DNA from: a virus
Taxonomy: Duplodnaviria > Caudoviricetes
DNA length: 64,000 nt
IMG/VR virus record: IMGVR_UViG_3300042483_000388
Reading direction: 5' to 3' (one strand)
Shown: one piece after another, positions 18,726-28,861 of the stretch
Layout of the letters: each line of letters opens with the position of its first letter
How positions within the stretch are numbered: position 1 is the stretch's first letter
The notes under the pieces: generated by a model
What the model was told of the DNA's origin: nothing
What the model saw: only the letters and a program-made list of their open reading frames with translations
Database searches by the model: none
Made by a program: the position numbers and the translations under genes

Positions 18726-19577
18726 ATGATAGAAACAGGAAAAATAATAAATGGTGATTGTGTTGAGGTAATGAAAACATTACCTGAAGGTAGTGTTGAT
18801 TTGGTTGTGACATCGCCACCCTATAATTGTGGGATTAATTATGATACCCATATTGATACTTTACCTATGGATGATTATTGGGGTTGGACAAAAGAATGGT
18901 TAGAGGAAGCTTACCGATTACTTAAAGATGATGGGAGAGTATCAATTAACATACCTTACGAAACAAATGTTCAAGGTAGAGGTGGAAGAGTATTTTTTGT
19001 TTCAGAATTTTATCAGGTAATGAAACAGGTTGGTTTTAAATTTTTTGGGGTCGTTGATCTTGAGGAACAATCACCACACAGAAGTAAGACTACGGCTTGG
19101 GGTTCTTGGATGAGTCCGTCTAGTCCATATATTTATAACCCAAAAGAATGTGTAATATTGGCATATAAAAAACAACACATTAAAAAAATTAAAGGTGAAC
19201 CACAATGGAAAGGGGTTCCTACTGAAATTGAACAGGAGGATGGGACTATAAAAAAGAAAGTGGTTTATGAGGAACAAGACAAGAAAGAGTTTATGGAACT
19301 TGTGTTTGGTCAGTGGAATTACTTTGCGGACACTAAATCATTAACTAAGGCCACGTTTAGTATGGACATCCCGACAAAGGCAATTAAGATATTATCTTAC
19401 AAGAACGATGTGATTTTGGATCCATTTGCTGGGTCAGGAACTAGTATGGTATCGGCAGAGATATTAGATCGTCGTTGGTTGGGAATTGAATTATCTCCGA
19501 ATTACGCTGATATTGCAAGAAAAAGAGTTCAAGCATTTGTTGATGAGAAAAACCAAGTTAAGATTGAATATCAATAG
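18726..19577 (+). CDS. beta-class N4-C/N6-A DNA methyltransferase
   Basis: TSPPY motif IV precedes DPFAGSGT motif I. Confidence 0.9.
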   Translation: MIETGKIINGDCVEVMKTLPEGSVDLVVTSPPYNCGINYDTHIDTLPMDDYWGWTKEWLEEAYRLLKDDGRVSINIPYETNVQGRGGRVFFVSEFYQVMKQVGFKFFGVVDLEEQSPHRSKTTAWGSWMSPSSPYIYNPKECVILAYKKQHIKKIKGEPQWKGVPTEIEQEDGTIKKKVVYEEQDKKEFMELVFGQWNYFADTKSLTKATFSMDIPTKAIKILSYKNDVILDPFAGSGTSMVSAEILDRRWLGIELSPNYADIARKRVQAFVDEKNQVKIEYQ

Positions 19578-19905
19578 AATCGCCTTCCTTAATACCGTAT
19601 TTTTTACATTCACCACCACGTAATTCAAGAACCATATCACCATTACCTTCAAAATTTTCGCAGTCATCGGAATTACAAGGTTTACAATTATGATGTATTT
19701 TTGTTATATTACCTTTATCTATGAAGATGATATCGAGATTGGTTATACAATTCTTCATCCAAAATGATTGAGGGCCATCCTTCATTAAAAATAACATACC
19801 ATCAAATGTGTTATCAAACTTTCTACCCATCATACCTTTTTGAATATCCTTTCCGGTGATAACCAATTTGGTCTTGTAAATATTATCATTTATCTTTATA
19901 TCCAT
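19558..19905 (-). CDS. DUF192-family protein
   Basis: GMMGR, GMLF, FWMKN, LDIIFID, VLEL motifs. Confidence 0.85.
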   Translation of the reverse strand: MDIKINDNIYKTKLVITGKDIQKGMMGRKFDNTFDGMLFLMKDGPQSFWMKNCITNLDIIFIDKGNITKIHHNCKPCNSDDCENFEGNGDMVLELRGGECKKYGIKEGDSIDIQS

Positions 19906-19988
19906 ACCTATAAATATATGAGAAAATAATTGTCAAATAATTTTTTTGATAAGGAAAGTTTTATTATATTTGTAGAAATAAGACACAT

Positions 19989-20261
19989 ATGACAAAGGCA
20001 GTATTCAATATTAAAGTTATGAACGAAAAGTTTGGAACATTGCTTTCCGAAACTTTTGTTGATGGGACTCAATTTAAAATTTTCTTAATGATGATTGATG
20101 GGGCTTTAAACTTAAAAGAAGATTTGTCTTATTTTGATGGTAACACATTCTTGGTTCATATACCTCACAAGATTTTAAAAGAATCTGTGATTGTAACTGG
20201 AACAGAAGAGATATCGTTGGTGGAGCAAGTTAGAAATAGAATTGAAACTTTAGTAGGATAA
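19989..20261 (+). CDS. hypothetical protein
   Basis: 90-aa ORF behind TATATTTG 19965. Confidence 0.7.
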   Translation: MTKAVFNIKVMNEKFGTLLSETFVDGTQFKIFLMMIDGALNLKEDLSYFDGNTFLVHIPHKILKESVIVTGTEEISLVEQVRNRIETLVG

Positions 20262-20263
20262 TT

Positions 20264-20698
20264 ATGAAAAATATACAGTATATAATATTATTTATGTTGT
20301 TTTTGGCTTCTTGTATTAAACGGGAGTTTAAACCTCAACAACCATTGGCGCCACAACCAATTATAACGGACTCAACCTTTATTGACTCTACCGTTAGTTT
20401 GAAGAACACAACTTGGGTAATTAAAAAAGTGTTAAACACTCAAATGGATGATGAGTCAAGATCCGATACACTAAAGTTTATAACCAATACAATCTATTCA
20501 TTTAATGGTGTTCAGGCAACATATAGTATTTATTCAACACCATCAGGATATAAGTTGAATTTGAATAATACTGAGTGGGGACATATTTGTGGTAACTTGG
20601 TTGATTATAATTTAACGAGTGGTAGAATTGAAAATAGACAATTTAATGATATCTTTACTAATGAATTTGTGGTTAAGATTTGGATGTATAAGGAATAG
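20264..20698 (+). CDS. lipoprotein
   Basis: MKNIQYIILFMLFLASC signal with lipobox. Confidence 0.7.
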   Translation: MKNIQYIILFMLFLASCIKREFKPQQPLAPQPIITDSTFIDSTVSLKNTTWVIKKVLNTQMDDESRSDTLKFITNTIYSFNGVQATYSIYSTPSGYKLNLNNTEWGHICGNLVDYNLTSGRIENRQFNDIFTNEFVVKIWMYKE

Positions 20699-20823
20699 TT
20701 TCTTTGTTTGATCTTTAAAATAAAGTGGTGGAGATCTGACATTCAATGTTGGTCCTAAAAAAAAGGTGGGAGAAATCTCACCTTTTTTTGTTTTGTATGT
20801 ATTTATATAATAAAAATTCTAAT

Positions 20824-21843
20824 ATGAAAAATAAATTATTTTTAGAGGAAGGAGAAATTTCAAGAATTCTTAATATGCACAAAAGGGCTATTAATGAAGA
20901 ACTTAATATTAATGGTAGAGAAGTTGGAAACAAAAGGGGTATATTAAATGAAATAACTGAAGATGAAAAGTTAACTGCAGATGGTGTCGGTACAAAAATT
21001 CAGGCATTATATAAATTTTGTAATGTTGGTATCCCCGGATTAGCTCATGTCAAATGTGCTACTGATATGAATGCTCAACTAAAGTTATTAAAAACCAAAG
21101 AACAATTTGATATTGCCGGCAAGAAAACAAGTTACTGGTATACGGGTGACTGGGCCAGAAGTTTAGGAGACTTTTTAAAACAACTAATGAAAAATGGGGT
21201 TGTTTCTCAATTATCCAAAACAGTTGGTACGCCGCAAGGTGAAATGGCTATTAAAATTGCACAAATTTATGCCTCAACATTTAAAGTTGCGGGAGGAACC
21301 TTAACTTTTAAAAAAGTTAATGACGCCAATGGTAATCCAACTTTAGATCCTGAGTCTTTTAAATTATCTTGGGGAACCCCGGCACCTATAGTAGGAGGAG
21401 GTGCAGCACCTGTAGTAACTACCAATAATGCCGCTTGTGATAAGGAGGGATTTAAACTGTCAACAAACAATAGTTGGTACTTCTCAACAAAAGAAACTTA
21501 TGATGCTGCCCCTGCGGATAAACGTAGGGCTTGGACATGTAGTTTGGATAAAAATGTAATATTGTATTGGGTGGATAGAGTTTGGCATGATACTGTTTAT
21601 ATTAAAACTAAAGGAAAAAGTGGTGGTAGTGGAACTGGTGGTGGAACTGGAGGAGGTGGTAGAACCGGAACCAGAAAAAAATACACCTTTGATGTTGCGG
21701 CAGTAAATAAATTAATAGATGAAAAATGTTCTAAGGATAAAAAACCAAATGTGGGTAGTGGAGGTATTGATCTTGATGTTACTGGTACACAAACACAAAC
21801 ACCAATACCTAATATGCCAAAAGATATACTTGGATCCTTATAA
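20824..21843 (+). CDS. leader-bearing protein, possibly degenerate annexin-like core, Gly-rich linker (copy 1)
   Basis: Start reset to MKNKLFLEE at 20824. Confidence 0.6.
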   Translation: MKNKLFLEEGEISRILNMHKRAINEELNINGREVGNKRGILNEITEDEKLTADGVGTKIQALYKFCNVGIPGLAHVKCATDMNAQLKLLKTKEQFDIAGKKTSYWYTGDWARSLGDFLKQLMKNGVVSQLSKTVGTPQGEMAIKIAQIYASTFKVAGGTLTFKKVNDANGNPTLDPESFKLSWGTPAPIVGGGAAPVVTTNNAACDKEGFKLSTNNSWYFSTKETYDAAPADKRRAWTCSLDKNVILYWVDRVWHDTVYIKTKGKSGGSGTGGGTGGGGRTGTRKKYTFDVAAVNKLIDEKCSKDKKPNVGSGGIDLDVTGTQTQTPIPNMPKDILGSL

Positions 21844-21863
21844 AACTAATAAAAAAAATAGAT

Positions 21864-22079
21864 ATGAGCAAAATTAAAATAACGCAAAGACAAATGATAA
21901 GGATCCAAAAGTTTCTTAATGAGAGCATTATTATGGAGCAAACCTCAGACGAGATTATCAATATTCAAAACAGGTTAAACTCATGTTTTAATGCTGGATT
22001 AAAAGCTGATGGTAAAATGGGACCAAAAACCGCATCGGCTATTGAAACATATACTGGTTATGATGTTTCTGTTTCATAA
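21864..22079 (+). CDS. small protein with a peptidoglycan-binding-like motif (copy 1)
   Basis: IQNRLN...LKADGKMGPKTASAI. Confidence 0.6.
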   Translation: MSKIKITQRQMIRIQKFLNESIIMEQTSDEIINIQNRLNSCFNAGLKADGKMGPKTASAIETYTGYDVSVS

Positions 22080-22209
22080 GTTTAAAAAAAAATAATAAGG
22101 GAGATCAATCTCCCTTTTTTTATGCGGTTTTTTTTGTGATATGGAAAAATACTACTATATTATTATTCTTTTTTGGTTTATCATATATTTATATAATAAA
22201 AATTATAAT

Positions 22210-23286
22210 ATGAAAAATAAATTATTTTTAGAGGAAGGGGAAATTTCAAGAATTCTTAATATGCATAAAAGGGCAATCCGAGAAGAACTTAATGTTAATG
22301 GTGATGAAGTTGAGAACAATCAAGTTCAAATGGATGAGGAATTAAGTGAAGATGGTCAAGTACAAAAAACCTTGGCCGGAGCAGCTATTGGATCCGCAGC
22401 AGGTTCTTTTATTCCTGGTGTTGGTACTGTTGCCGGAGCAATAATTGGAGGATCCATAGGTTATTTTGGTAGTTTGATGAATAGTTATAGTTTAGAGGGG
22501 GCTAAAAAAATATTACAAGCTTGTTCGGCTAAAAAAGCTGAAATGGGAGAACCAACAATGAATTCAGCGACTTTAGCTAAGATTGCTGACGATATTAACT
22601 ACGGTGTTGAAGGTAGTGGAACATATGAAAAGACTATTGCCTCAGGTTTGAGACAGACCAAATATATGCCCAATCTATGTGCTATGGCGGCAGTTTATAA
22701 ACAGAGACAAGGTGAAAGTTTATTTGATGCGATTGATGGGGACATAGATTCTGATTATCAATGGAAAACGTATGTGTTTTTGCCTTTATTAGATGTTTAT
22801 AATAATAGTGTGGAATTGGGTAAAAAAATGTTAAAACAACAACCACAACAACAAAAAACTGGAGGAGGAGGAGCACCAACATCAGGTGAGGTGTACCAAA
22901 AGTGTCACACAGCAATAATTGACCCTATGGTTAAAAAATATGGATATACTTACGTAACTTTAGATGTGTTTAATCAAGCTCCGGCCGATAAGAAAACATA
23001 TAAATGGTGTCCTGCAGGGAAGAGTAACGTATACTTCACTAAAGGATGGAGTGGTGGTAGTACTGAAACTGCACCTACTGGTACTGAAACTCGTGTTTAT
23101 AGTGGCGGAGGTGGAGGAGGTGGAAAAACATACACCTTTGATGTTGCAGCAGTAAATAAATTAATAGATGAAAAATGTTCTAAGGATGGAAAACCTGGAG
23201 GAACAGGTGTTAATCTTGATGCTACTGGCACACCAACACCAACACCAATACCTAATATGCCAAAAGACGTATTTGACATCACATAA
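22210..23286 (+). CDS. leader-bearing protein with glycine zipper and annexin-like repeat (copy 2)
   Basis: AGAAIGSAAGSFIPGVGTVAGAIIGG; IADDINYGVEGSGTYEKTI...YKQRQGESLFDAIDGD. Confidence 0.6.
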   Translation: MKNKLFLEEGEISRILNMHKRAIREELNVNGDEVENNQVQMDEELSEDGQVQKTLAGAAIGSAAGSFIPGVGTVAGAIIGGSIGYFGSLMNSYSLEGAKKILQACSAKKAEMGEPTMNSATLAKIADDINYGVEGSGTYEKTIASGLRQTKYMPNLCAMAAVYKQRQGESLFDAIDGDIDSDYQWKTYVFLPLLDVYNNSVELGKKMLKQQPQQQKTGGGGAPTSGEVYQKCHTAIIDPMVKKYGYTYVTLDVFNQAPADKKTYKWCPAGKSNVYFTKGWSGGSTETAPTGTETRVYSGGGGGGGKTYTFDVAAVNKLIDEKCSKDGKPGGTGVNLDATGTPTPTPIPNMPKDVFDIT

Positions 23287-23305
23287 AACTAATAAAAAAA
23301 TATAT

Positions 23306-23521
23306 ATGAGCAAAATTAAAATAACGCAAAGACAAATGATAAGGATCCAAAAGTTCCTTAATGAAAGTATTATTATGGAACAAACCTCAGATGAGATTAC
23401 CAATATCCAAAACAGGTTAAATACTTGTTTTAATGCTGGATTAAAAGCTGATGGTAAAATGGGACCAAAAACCGCATCGGCTATTGAAACATATACTGGT
23501 TATGATGTTTCTGTTTCATAA
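23306..23521 (+). CDS. small peptidoglycan-binding-like protein (copy 2)
   Basis: Start reset to MSKIKITQRQ at 23306; near-identical to 21864..22079. Confidence 0.65.
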   Translation: MSKIKITQRQMIRIQKFLNESIIMEQTSDEITNIQNRLNTCFNAGLKADGKMGPKTASAIETYTGYDVSVS

Positions 23522-23590
23522 GTTTAAAAAAAATAATAAGGGAGATCAATCTCCCTTTTTTTATGCGGTTTTTTTTCTTATATTTGTGAT

Positions 23591-23980
23591 ATGGAAAAAA
23601 TGATATATCTTGTTAGAGGAATACCGGGAAGTGGTAAATCAACATTTGCAAAACAACTAACTTCAAATGTGTTTGAGGCGGACCATTATTTTTATGATAA
23701 TGATGGAAACTACAATTTTATTGCGTCTGAAATAAAAGAGGCACATAAAGAGTGTCAACAATATGTTGGATACGCAATGGAATCAAACACACCAAAAATT
23801 GCGGTGTCAAACACATTCACACAAGAGTGGGAACTCCAACCTTATTATGAATTGGCAATTAAGTATGGTTATTATGTGACCTCTATTATTGTGGAAAATA
23901 GACATGGTGGTGTTAACGAGCATGGAGTTCCTGAAGATAAGATTCAATTAATGAAAAACCGTTTTGAGATAAAAATATAA
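23591..23980 (+). CDS. P-loop kinase (AAA_33/PNK-like)
   Basis: RGIPGSGKST, VSNTF, HGVPEDKI. Confidence 0.85.
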   Translation: MEKMIYLVRGIPGSGKSTFAKQLTSNVFEADHYFYDNDGNYNFIASEIKEAHKECQQYVGYAMESNTPKIAVSNTFTQEWELQPYYELAIKYGYYVTSIIVENRHGGVNEHGVPEDKIQLMKNRFEIKI

Positions 23981-23983
23981 GAA

Positions 23984-24637
23984 ATGAAATTTGATAAAAT
24001 ATTAACTAGTGGTAAGGTATGGATTACTTCAGATACGCACTATTCGCACAAAAACATTTGTAGAGGAGTTACGGTTTGGAGAACCATAGATGGGGATATT
24101 CCAATCGGTGCAACCAGAGATTTTCCTAATTTGGATGTAATGGATAGTGTTATTGTTGATAACATTAATGAGAAGGTAGGGCCTGATGATACTTTAATTC
24201 ACTTGGGTGACGTGGCTTTTGGTGGTGTTGAAAAGATAGGACAATTTTTGGATCGTTTAGTTTGTAAAAACGTTCACCTTGTTTTGGGTAATCACGATCA
24301 GAACATAAAAAAAAATAGAGAGAACAACAACGATAAATTTTTATCTATTCAAAACTACTTGGAGGTTAATATTGGTGGTGTTGATTTTGTGTTATCACAT
24401 TATCCTTTATCAAGTTGGAACCAACTAAATAAAGGTTCAATTCACCTTCATGGACACGTACATCTACCAAGAAGTAAAAGATTTGGTAAAGGTAAAAAAT
24501 TAGATGTTGGTATGGATGGTAATAATCTTTATCCGTATAGTATAAGTGAGATTGTTCATATGATGGATAAACGATGTGTTGCGTCCGAGATGAATGGAGA
24601 TCACCACTTAGATGTTATTATTGATCTTGTGGGTTAA
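23984..24637 (+). CDS. calcineurin-like metallophosphoesterase
   Basis: SDTH, HLGD, GNHD, HGHVH motifs. Confidence 0.9.
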   Translation: MKFDKILTSGKVWITSDTHYSHKNICRGVTVWRTIDGDIPIGATRDFPNLDVMDSVIVDNINEKVGPDDTLIHLGDVAFGGVEKIGQFLDRLVCKNVHLVLGNHDQNIKKNRENNNDKFLSIQNYLEVNIGGVDFVLSHYPLSSWNQLNKGSIHLHGHVHLPRSKRFGKGKKLDVGMDGNNLYPYSISEIVHMMDKRCVASEMNGDHHLDVIIDLVG

Positions 24638-24663
24638 ATCGTAATTACAATATATTTATTGGT

Positions 24664-25914
24664 ATGAGAAATATTGTTATAACTGAAAATCAATTAAGGA
24701 TAATTACGGAAGCTTTAGGGGTTCCTGATAACATTTTGGATGCTGCCGATATGTTATATGACATTGTTGAAAGAGACATCAAATCAATAAGAGACATTCA
24801 AGATGTGTATAACTTTGATGGTGAAATAGAATTTGAATTAGGTGATAAGAAAAAAATCAAAATTGATTCATATACTCTTACAGTAAAAATTGAGGAGATT
24901 GATGATGAAGAAGGGGTCTTAGATATTATCTCAATGGGAATGGAAGGTGCTTTTGGATTTAATAGGGATGTTTATATGAAAGAAAACGAACCCTCAACAA
25001 TTTTGGGATTAACAATAACATTTGCTGTTGGTGAAAATTGGAAACCTGAAGGACTTATTCAAAAAATGGAAGAAGAAAGAGACGAACATGTCGCATCTTT
25101 AGCTCATGAAATAAAACACAAATACGATAAACAATCAAAACAATTTGGTTTAATTGGTCAAGACGCCGAATATCAAGCAACACAAAGAAGAGGTAGTTTT
25201 GGAATACCGGTAATTGATAGAGTTTTTTTTAGATACTTATATTATATTTCCGGTATTGAAAATCTTGTAAGACCAACTGAAGTGGCTTACAAGTTAAAAA
25301 GAAAAAATATTACAAAGTCACAATTCAAAGAATTTTTAGAAAATAATGTAGTTTATAAAGAACTCGTTGAAATTAAAAACTTCACATTTGAAGACTTCAT
25401 CAATCAATTAAAAGAAAGTGAAGATAGGTTAGACGTTATTATTGACCACATTGGTGAAGACCCATCCAACATGACAATAGATGAAAAAATTAATAGAGTA
25501 TTAGAAGTTGCTTATATTGATTTAGTTAATAATAGAATGCAAATGTTTATGACAATGACGGAACATGGAATGGATGATGTTATAAAATTTGGAACTCAAC
25601 TTGGTATTTTACCTCCAGGGTTAGAAGGAAATTTGGAGGGAATTCAAAAGACAGATGCGATTAGACAAAAGTTTTTGAAATATGTTATGAAATACGAAAA
25701 AAACCCAACCAAATTTTTTGAAGATGAAATTGAAAACTTTCAATATGTCGCAAATAAAATGATAAAGAAAATATCAAAACTCTATGCTATGGCAAAAGAT
25801 GATGAACAAGTTAGTGAATCAATTATCAATTGGGAACTTCATCAACAAATTATGGAGAAAAAATACGGTAAAAGAAAAATAGAAACAAAATACAAAAATT
25901 GGAATCTTAAATAA
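24664..25914 (+). CDS. leader-bearing protein with HExxH motif (putative zinc metallopeptidase)
   Basis: MRNIVITENQ leader; SLAHEIKHKYD. Confidence 0.5.
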   Translation: MRNIVITENQLRIITEALGVPDNILDAADMLYDIVERDIKSIRDIQDVYNFDGEIEFELGDKKKIKIDSYTLTVKIEEIDDEEGVLDIISMGMEGAFGFNRDVYMKENEPSTILGLTITFAVGENWKPEGLIQKMEEERDEHVASLAHEIKHKYDKQSKQFGLIGQDAEYQATQRRGSFGIPVIDRVFFRYLYYISGIENLVRPTEVAYKLKRKNITKSQFKEFLENNVVYKELVEIKNFTFEDFINQLKESEDRLDVIIDHIGEDPSNMTIDEKINRVLEVAYIDLVNNRMQMFMTMTEHGMDDVIKFGTQLGILPPGLEGNLEGIQKTDAIRQKFLKYVMKYEKNPTKFFEDEIENFQYVANKMIKKISKLYAMAKDDEQVSESIINWELHQQIMEKKYGKRKIETKYKNWNLK

Positions 25915-26073
25915 TAATCTAAAGTCATAGTTTGCTCAATACATGGATTTATTAACCACTAATCTCAATTGTATTCGTATTTATTAGTGAGCTCAACCTG
26001 CCCGTGGAATATGGGGGTTTCCTAAAAAGATTCTTCAAGAGAGTAAATAATTTTAATTTTATTTATTTTTACT

Positions 26074-28815
26074 ATGAAGAATATATTGCTTGGACTTTTT
26101 GTCCTGTTTTCTACTTTCACATTTTCACAATCATGTCTCCACACTATTCGACGAACTGATACCTTTGGTGATGGTTGGAATGGAGGAACTGTAGCTGTTT
26201 CCGTTAATGGAGTAACTGTTTTATCCGGATTATCTTGTGTTGGAGCCGGTCCTACTTCTTCAACATTTAGTGCTGCAGTAGGATCAACAATTAGAGTGTA
26301 CCGAACAGCTGCCGGACTTTACCCTACAGAAATGCGTATACAAGTTCTCAGTGGTGCTGGTGCCATTATACTCAATACTGTTCAACCACTTGCTGGATCT
26401 GCAATTTCAGGAGGGTGGACAGTATTAGGAAGTTGTGCGGCAGCAGGACCTTGTACCAATACCTCATCATATGGTTCAGCTACTGCTCCATCTACACCAA
26501 CAACAGTAGTTATTAGTACATGTCAATTTCAGTCAGAGTACAGTACAATTTATTCTTGCATAGCAGGTCGAACATATCAATCGGCTTACAATTTAGGGGG
26601 ATTCATAACGGTTAGATCGGGAACATACAATGGTGCTGTAGTTGCTAGTGGAAACAGCCCACTAAATTGGGTGTGCCCAACCTCAGGAACATATTTTGTC
26701 CATTATAATACAAATAATACTTGTGGGACAGCATCTTCTTGTGGGACATCTTCTATTTCTTGTTTAACTTGTTTGGCGCCAACTGCCCCACCAAATGATT
26801 TAGTGTGTAATTCAACATCTATTACTTGTGGTCAAACACTATCAGGAACTACTATAGATGCAACCAACACTGGAACGGGTGAAGGTGGATTTTGTTCTGT
26901 AAGTCAAACACAACCCGGTGTTTGGTATGTTATTCCAGGAAACGGACAAATTATGACGGCAAATCTTTGTGCGACGGCATGGGATAGTAAAATGTCTGTA
27001 TTTAGTGGCCCTAATTGCTCTACATTGTCATGTGTTGGAGGAAATGATGATTTTGGGCCCGCTTGTGCTAGTTCGTCCGCCTCATTTTCATGGTCATCGG
27101 TAGTTGGAACAAATTACTATATATTAGTTCATGGGTATAGTGCAAGTAGTACTTTTTCTATTAACCTAACTTGTATGTCTCCCCCACCACCAAATCCTAC
27201 ATCAATATCTGCAACACAAAATACTATTTGTAATGGATCATCTACCACCCTAACCGCAAATGGTGCTGTGGGTGTGGTTTATTGGTATGTAGGAGGTTGT
27301 GCTTCCACTTTCGTATCAACCGGAAATTCCATTTCGGTAAGTCCTGCATCAACCACCACATACTACGCAAGAAATCTAAACGGAGGTCTTTTTAGTGGTG
27401 GGTGTGCTTCAACAACAATAACGGTTAATCCCAATCCCAATGTAACCATAAGTTCGGTAACCAATACAATATGTGATGGATCAAACACCCAATTAATATC
27501 TAACATTAGTGGTGTGTCATCCCCAGGAAATCTTGTTGTGACCATATCCAGTGGTGGATTCTTAGATGAAAGTTCTTGGACTTTAACAAATAGTTTAGGT
27601 GCTGTAATTGGTTCAGGTGGACCTTATGGTTTAGGGTCAACAAATATAATTCCAATCGGTTCATCGGCAAATGGTCCATACACACTTAATGTGGAAACTC
27701 AAGGAATATGGAATGACAACACGGCAAATTATTTGGTAACTTGTAACGGAACAACGGTCCTAAGTGGAAGTTTAGTTGGTGGGCAGAGCATAACACAATC
27801 AATCTCATCTTGTGGGTCTTCTCCTGGTGTAACATATCTATGGACACCTTCAAACGGACTTACAAATGCAAGTGCCCCAAGTCCATTTGCTTCTCCTACG
27901 ACTACACAGACCTATCAGTTAACCGTAACTGCAAATGGGTGTTCAGTATCAACCTCCACAACAATAACCGTAAATCCTTCTGTTGGTTTTGTGTCTACAA
28001 TATCTGGTAATAATACCATAATTGCCGGAACACAAGGAAGTTATTCAATAACACCGGTAGCAAACTCAAATTATCAATGGGCATACACCGAGTCCGTAAC
28101 TGTGCCACTATGGATAAACGTTCCGAACTCTAACTCACCATCAATAACATTTACTTGGCCACAGACAACAACTAATGGTTCGGCTAGAGTTATTATCAGT
28201 AATGCTTATGGGTGTGGAACTCAAACCAGATTTTTTAATATTGTTACTAATGGTGCTCTTCCTGTTGAACTATTAAGTTTTGTTGGGGTTTGTGATAACA
28301 ATTTAATATCATTAACTTGGAAAACGGCAAGTGAACATAATTCTGATTATTTTGAAGTTCTTAAATCAAGAGATGGTTTAAATTGGTCAATATTAACCAC
28401 TTTAAATTCGGCTGGTAATTCAACCCAAGAATTAACTTATACCACAAAAGATGAAAACGCCATTGACGGGGATAACTATTATAAACTTCTTCAATATGAT
28501 ATTGATGGACAATCAAAAGAGTATGGGCCAATAAATGTAATGTGTAATGAAAACAAAAAAGGTTACTTTTCAATATTTCCTAATCCAAGTTCAGGATCTT
28601 TCCAAGTTGTGTTAAACAATAAAAATATGGTTGGTGATGGAAAATTAATTATTAAAGACACAAAAGGATCTGAAATACTTAATAAAGAAATTAATATTGT
28701 TTCAGGGATTAATTTATATAATATTGGAGATTTAAATATGGTGGATGGAATTTATTATGTTCAGGTAAGTAACGGAAATTTTTCAACACAAGTAATAAAA
28801 CAAATAATAAAATAA
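26074..28815 (+). CDS. T9SS type A sorting-domain cargo protein (signal peptide, beta-sandwich/Ig-like domains)
   Basis: MKNILLGLFVLFSTFTFS-Q signal; DTFGDGWNGG; SPASTTTYYA; LPVELLSF; C-terminal SIFPNPSSG...GIYYVQV...KQIIK. Confidence 0.88.
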   Translation: MKNILLGLFVLFSTFTFSQSCLHTIRRTDTFGDGWNGGTVAVSVNGVTVLSGLSCVGAGPTSSTFSAAVGSTIRVYRTAAGLYPTEMRIQVLSGAGAIILNTVQPLAGSAISGGWTVLGSCAAAGPCTNTSSYGSATAPSTPTTVVISTCQFQSEYSTIYSCIAGRTYQSAYNLGGFITVRSGTYNGAVVASGNSPLNWVCPTSGTYFVHYNTNNTCGTASSCGTSSISCLTCLAPTAPPNDLVCNSTSITCGQTLSGTTIDATNTGTGEGGFCSVSQTQPGVWYVIPGNGQIMTANLCATAWDSKMSVFSGPNCSTLSCVGGNDDFGPACASSSASFSWSSVVGTNYYILVHGYSASSTFSINLTCMSPPPPNPTSISATQNTICNGSSTTLTANGAVGVVYWYVGGCASTFVSTGNSISVSPASTTTYYARNLNGGLFSGGCASTTITVNPNPNVTISSVTNTICDGSNTQLISNISGVSSPGNLVVTISSGGFLDESSWTLTNSLGAVIGSGGPYGLGSTNIIPIGSSANGPYTLNVETQGIWNDNTANYLVTCNGTTVLSGSLVGGQSITQSISSCGSSPGVTYLWTPSNGLTNASAPSPFASPTTTQTYQLTVTANGCSVSTSTTITVNPSVGFVSTISGNNTIIAGTQGSYSITPVANSNYQWAYTESVTVPLWINVPNSNSPSITFTWPQTTTNGSARVIISNAYGCGTQTRFFNIVTNGALPVELLSFVGVCDNNLISLTWKTASEHNSDYFEVLKSRDGLNWSILTTLNSAGNSTQELTYTTKDENAIDGDNYYKLLQYDIDGQSKEYGPINVMCNENKKGYFSIFPNPSSGSFQVVLNNKNMVGDGKLIIKDTKGSEILNKEINIVSGINLYNIGDLNMVDGIYYVQVSNGNFSTQVIKQIIK

Positions 28816-28861
28816 GAAAATATCTTTATAATATTAAATTAAAGTCATAAAAAGAATATAA

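Larger units (their letters stand above)
20800..23600 (+). repeat. tandem duplication of a two-gene unit (about 1.39-1.45 kb each) with divergent middle
   Basis: Near-identical promoter and 5' gene ends (20800 vs 22186), C-terminal blocks, small gene, terminator and following gtgatatggaaaaa (to 22149 vs 23599). Confidence 0.95.

Noticed and set aside
22141-22185. Separate gene starting ATGGAAAAA at 22141
   Set aside because: It matches the first codons of the kinase gene at 23591 with a damaged promoter, so it is interpreted as the duplication breakpoint remnant.
20746-23306. Longer ORF-track starts at 20746, 22141 and 23168
   Set aside because: The extensions cross terminator and promoter motifs or the upstream gene; the paralog alignment begins at 20824, 22210 and 23306.
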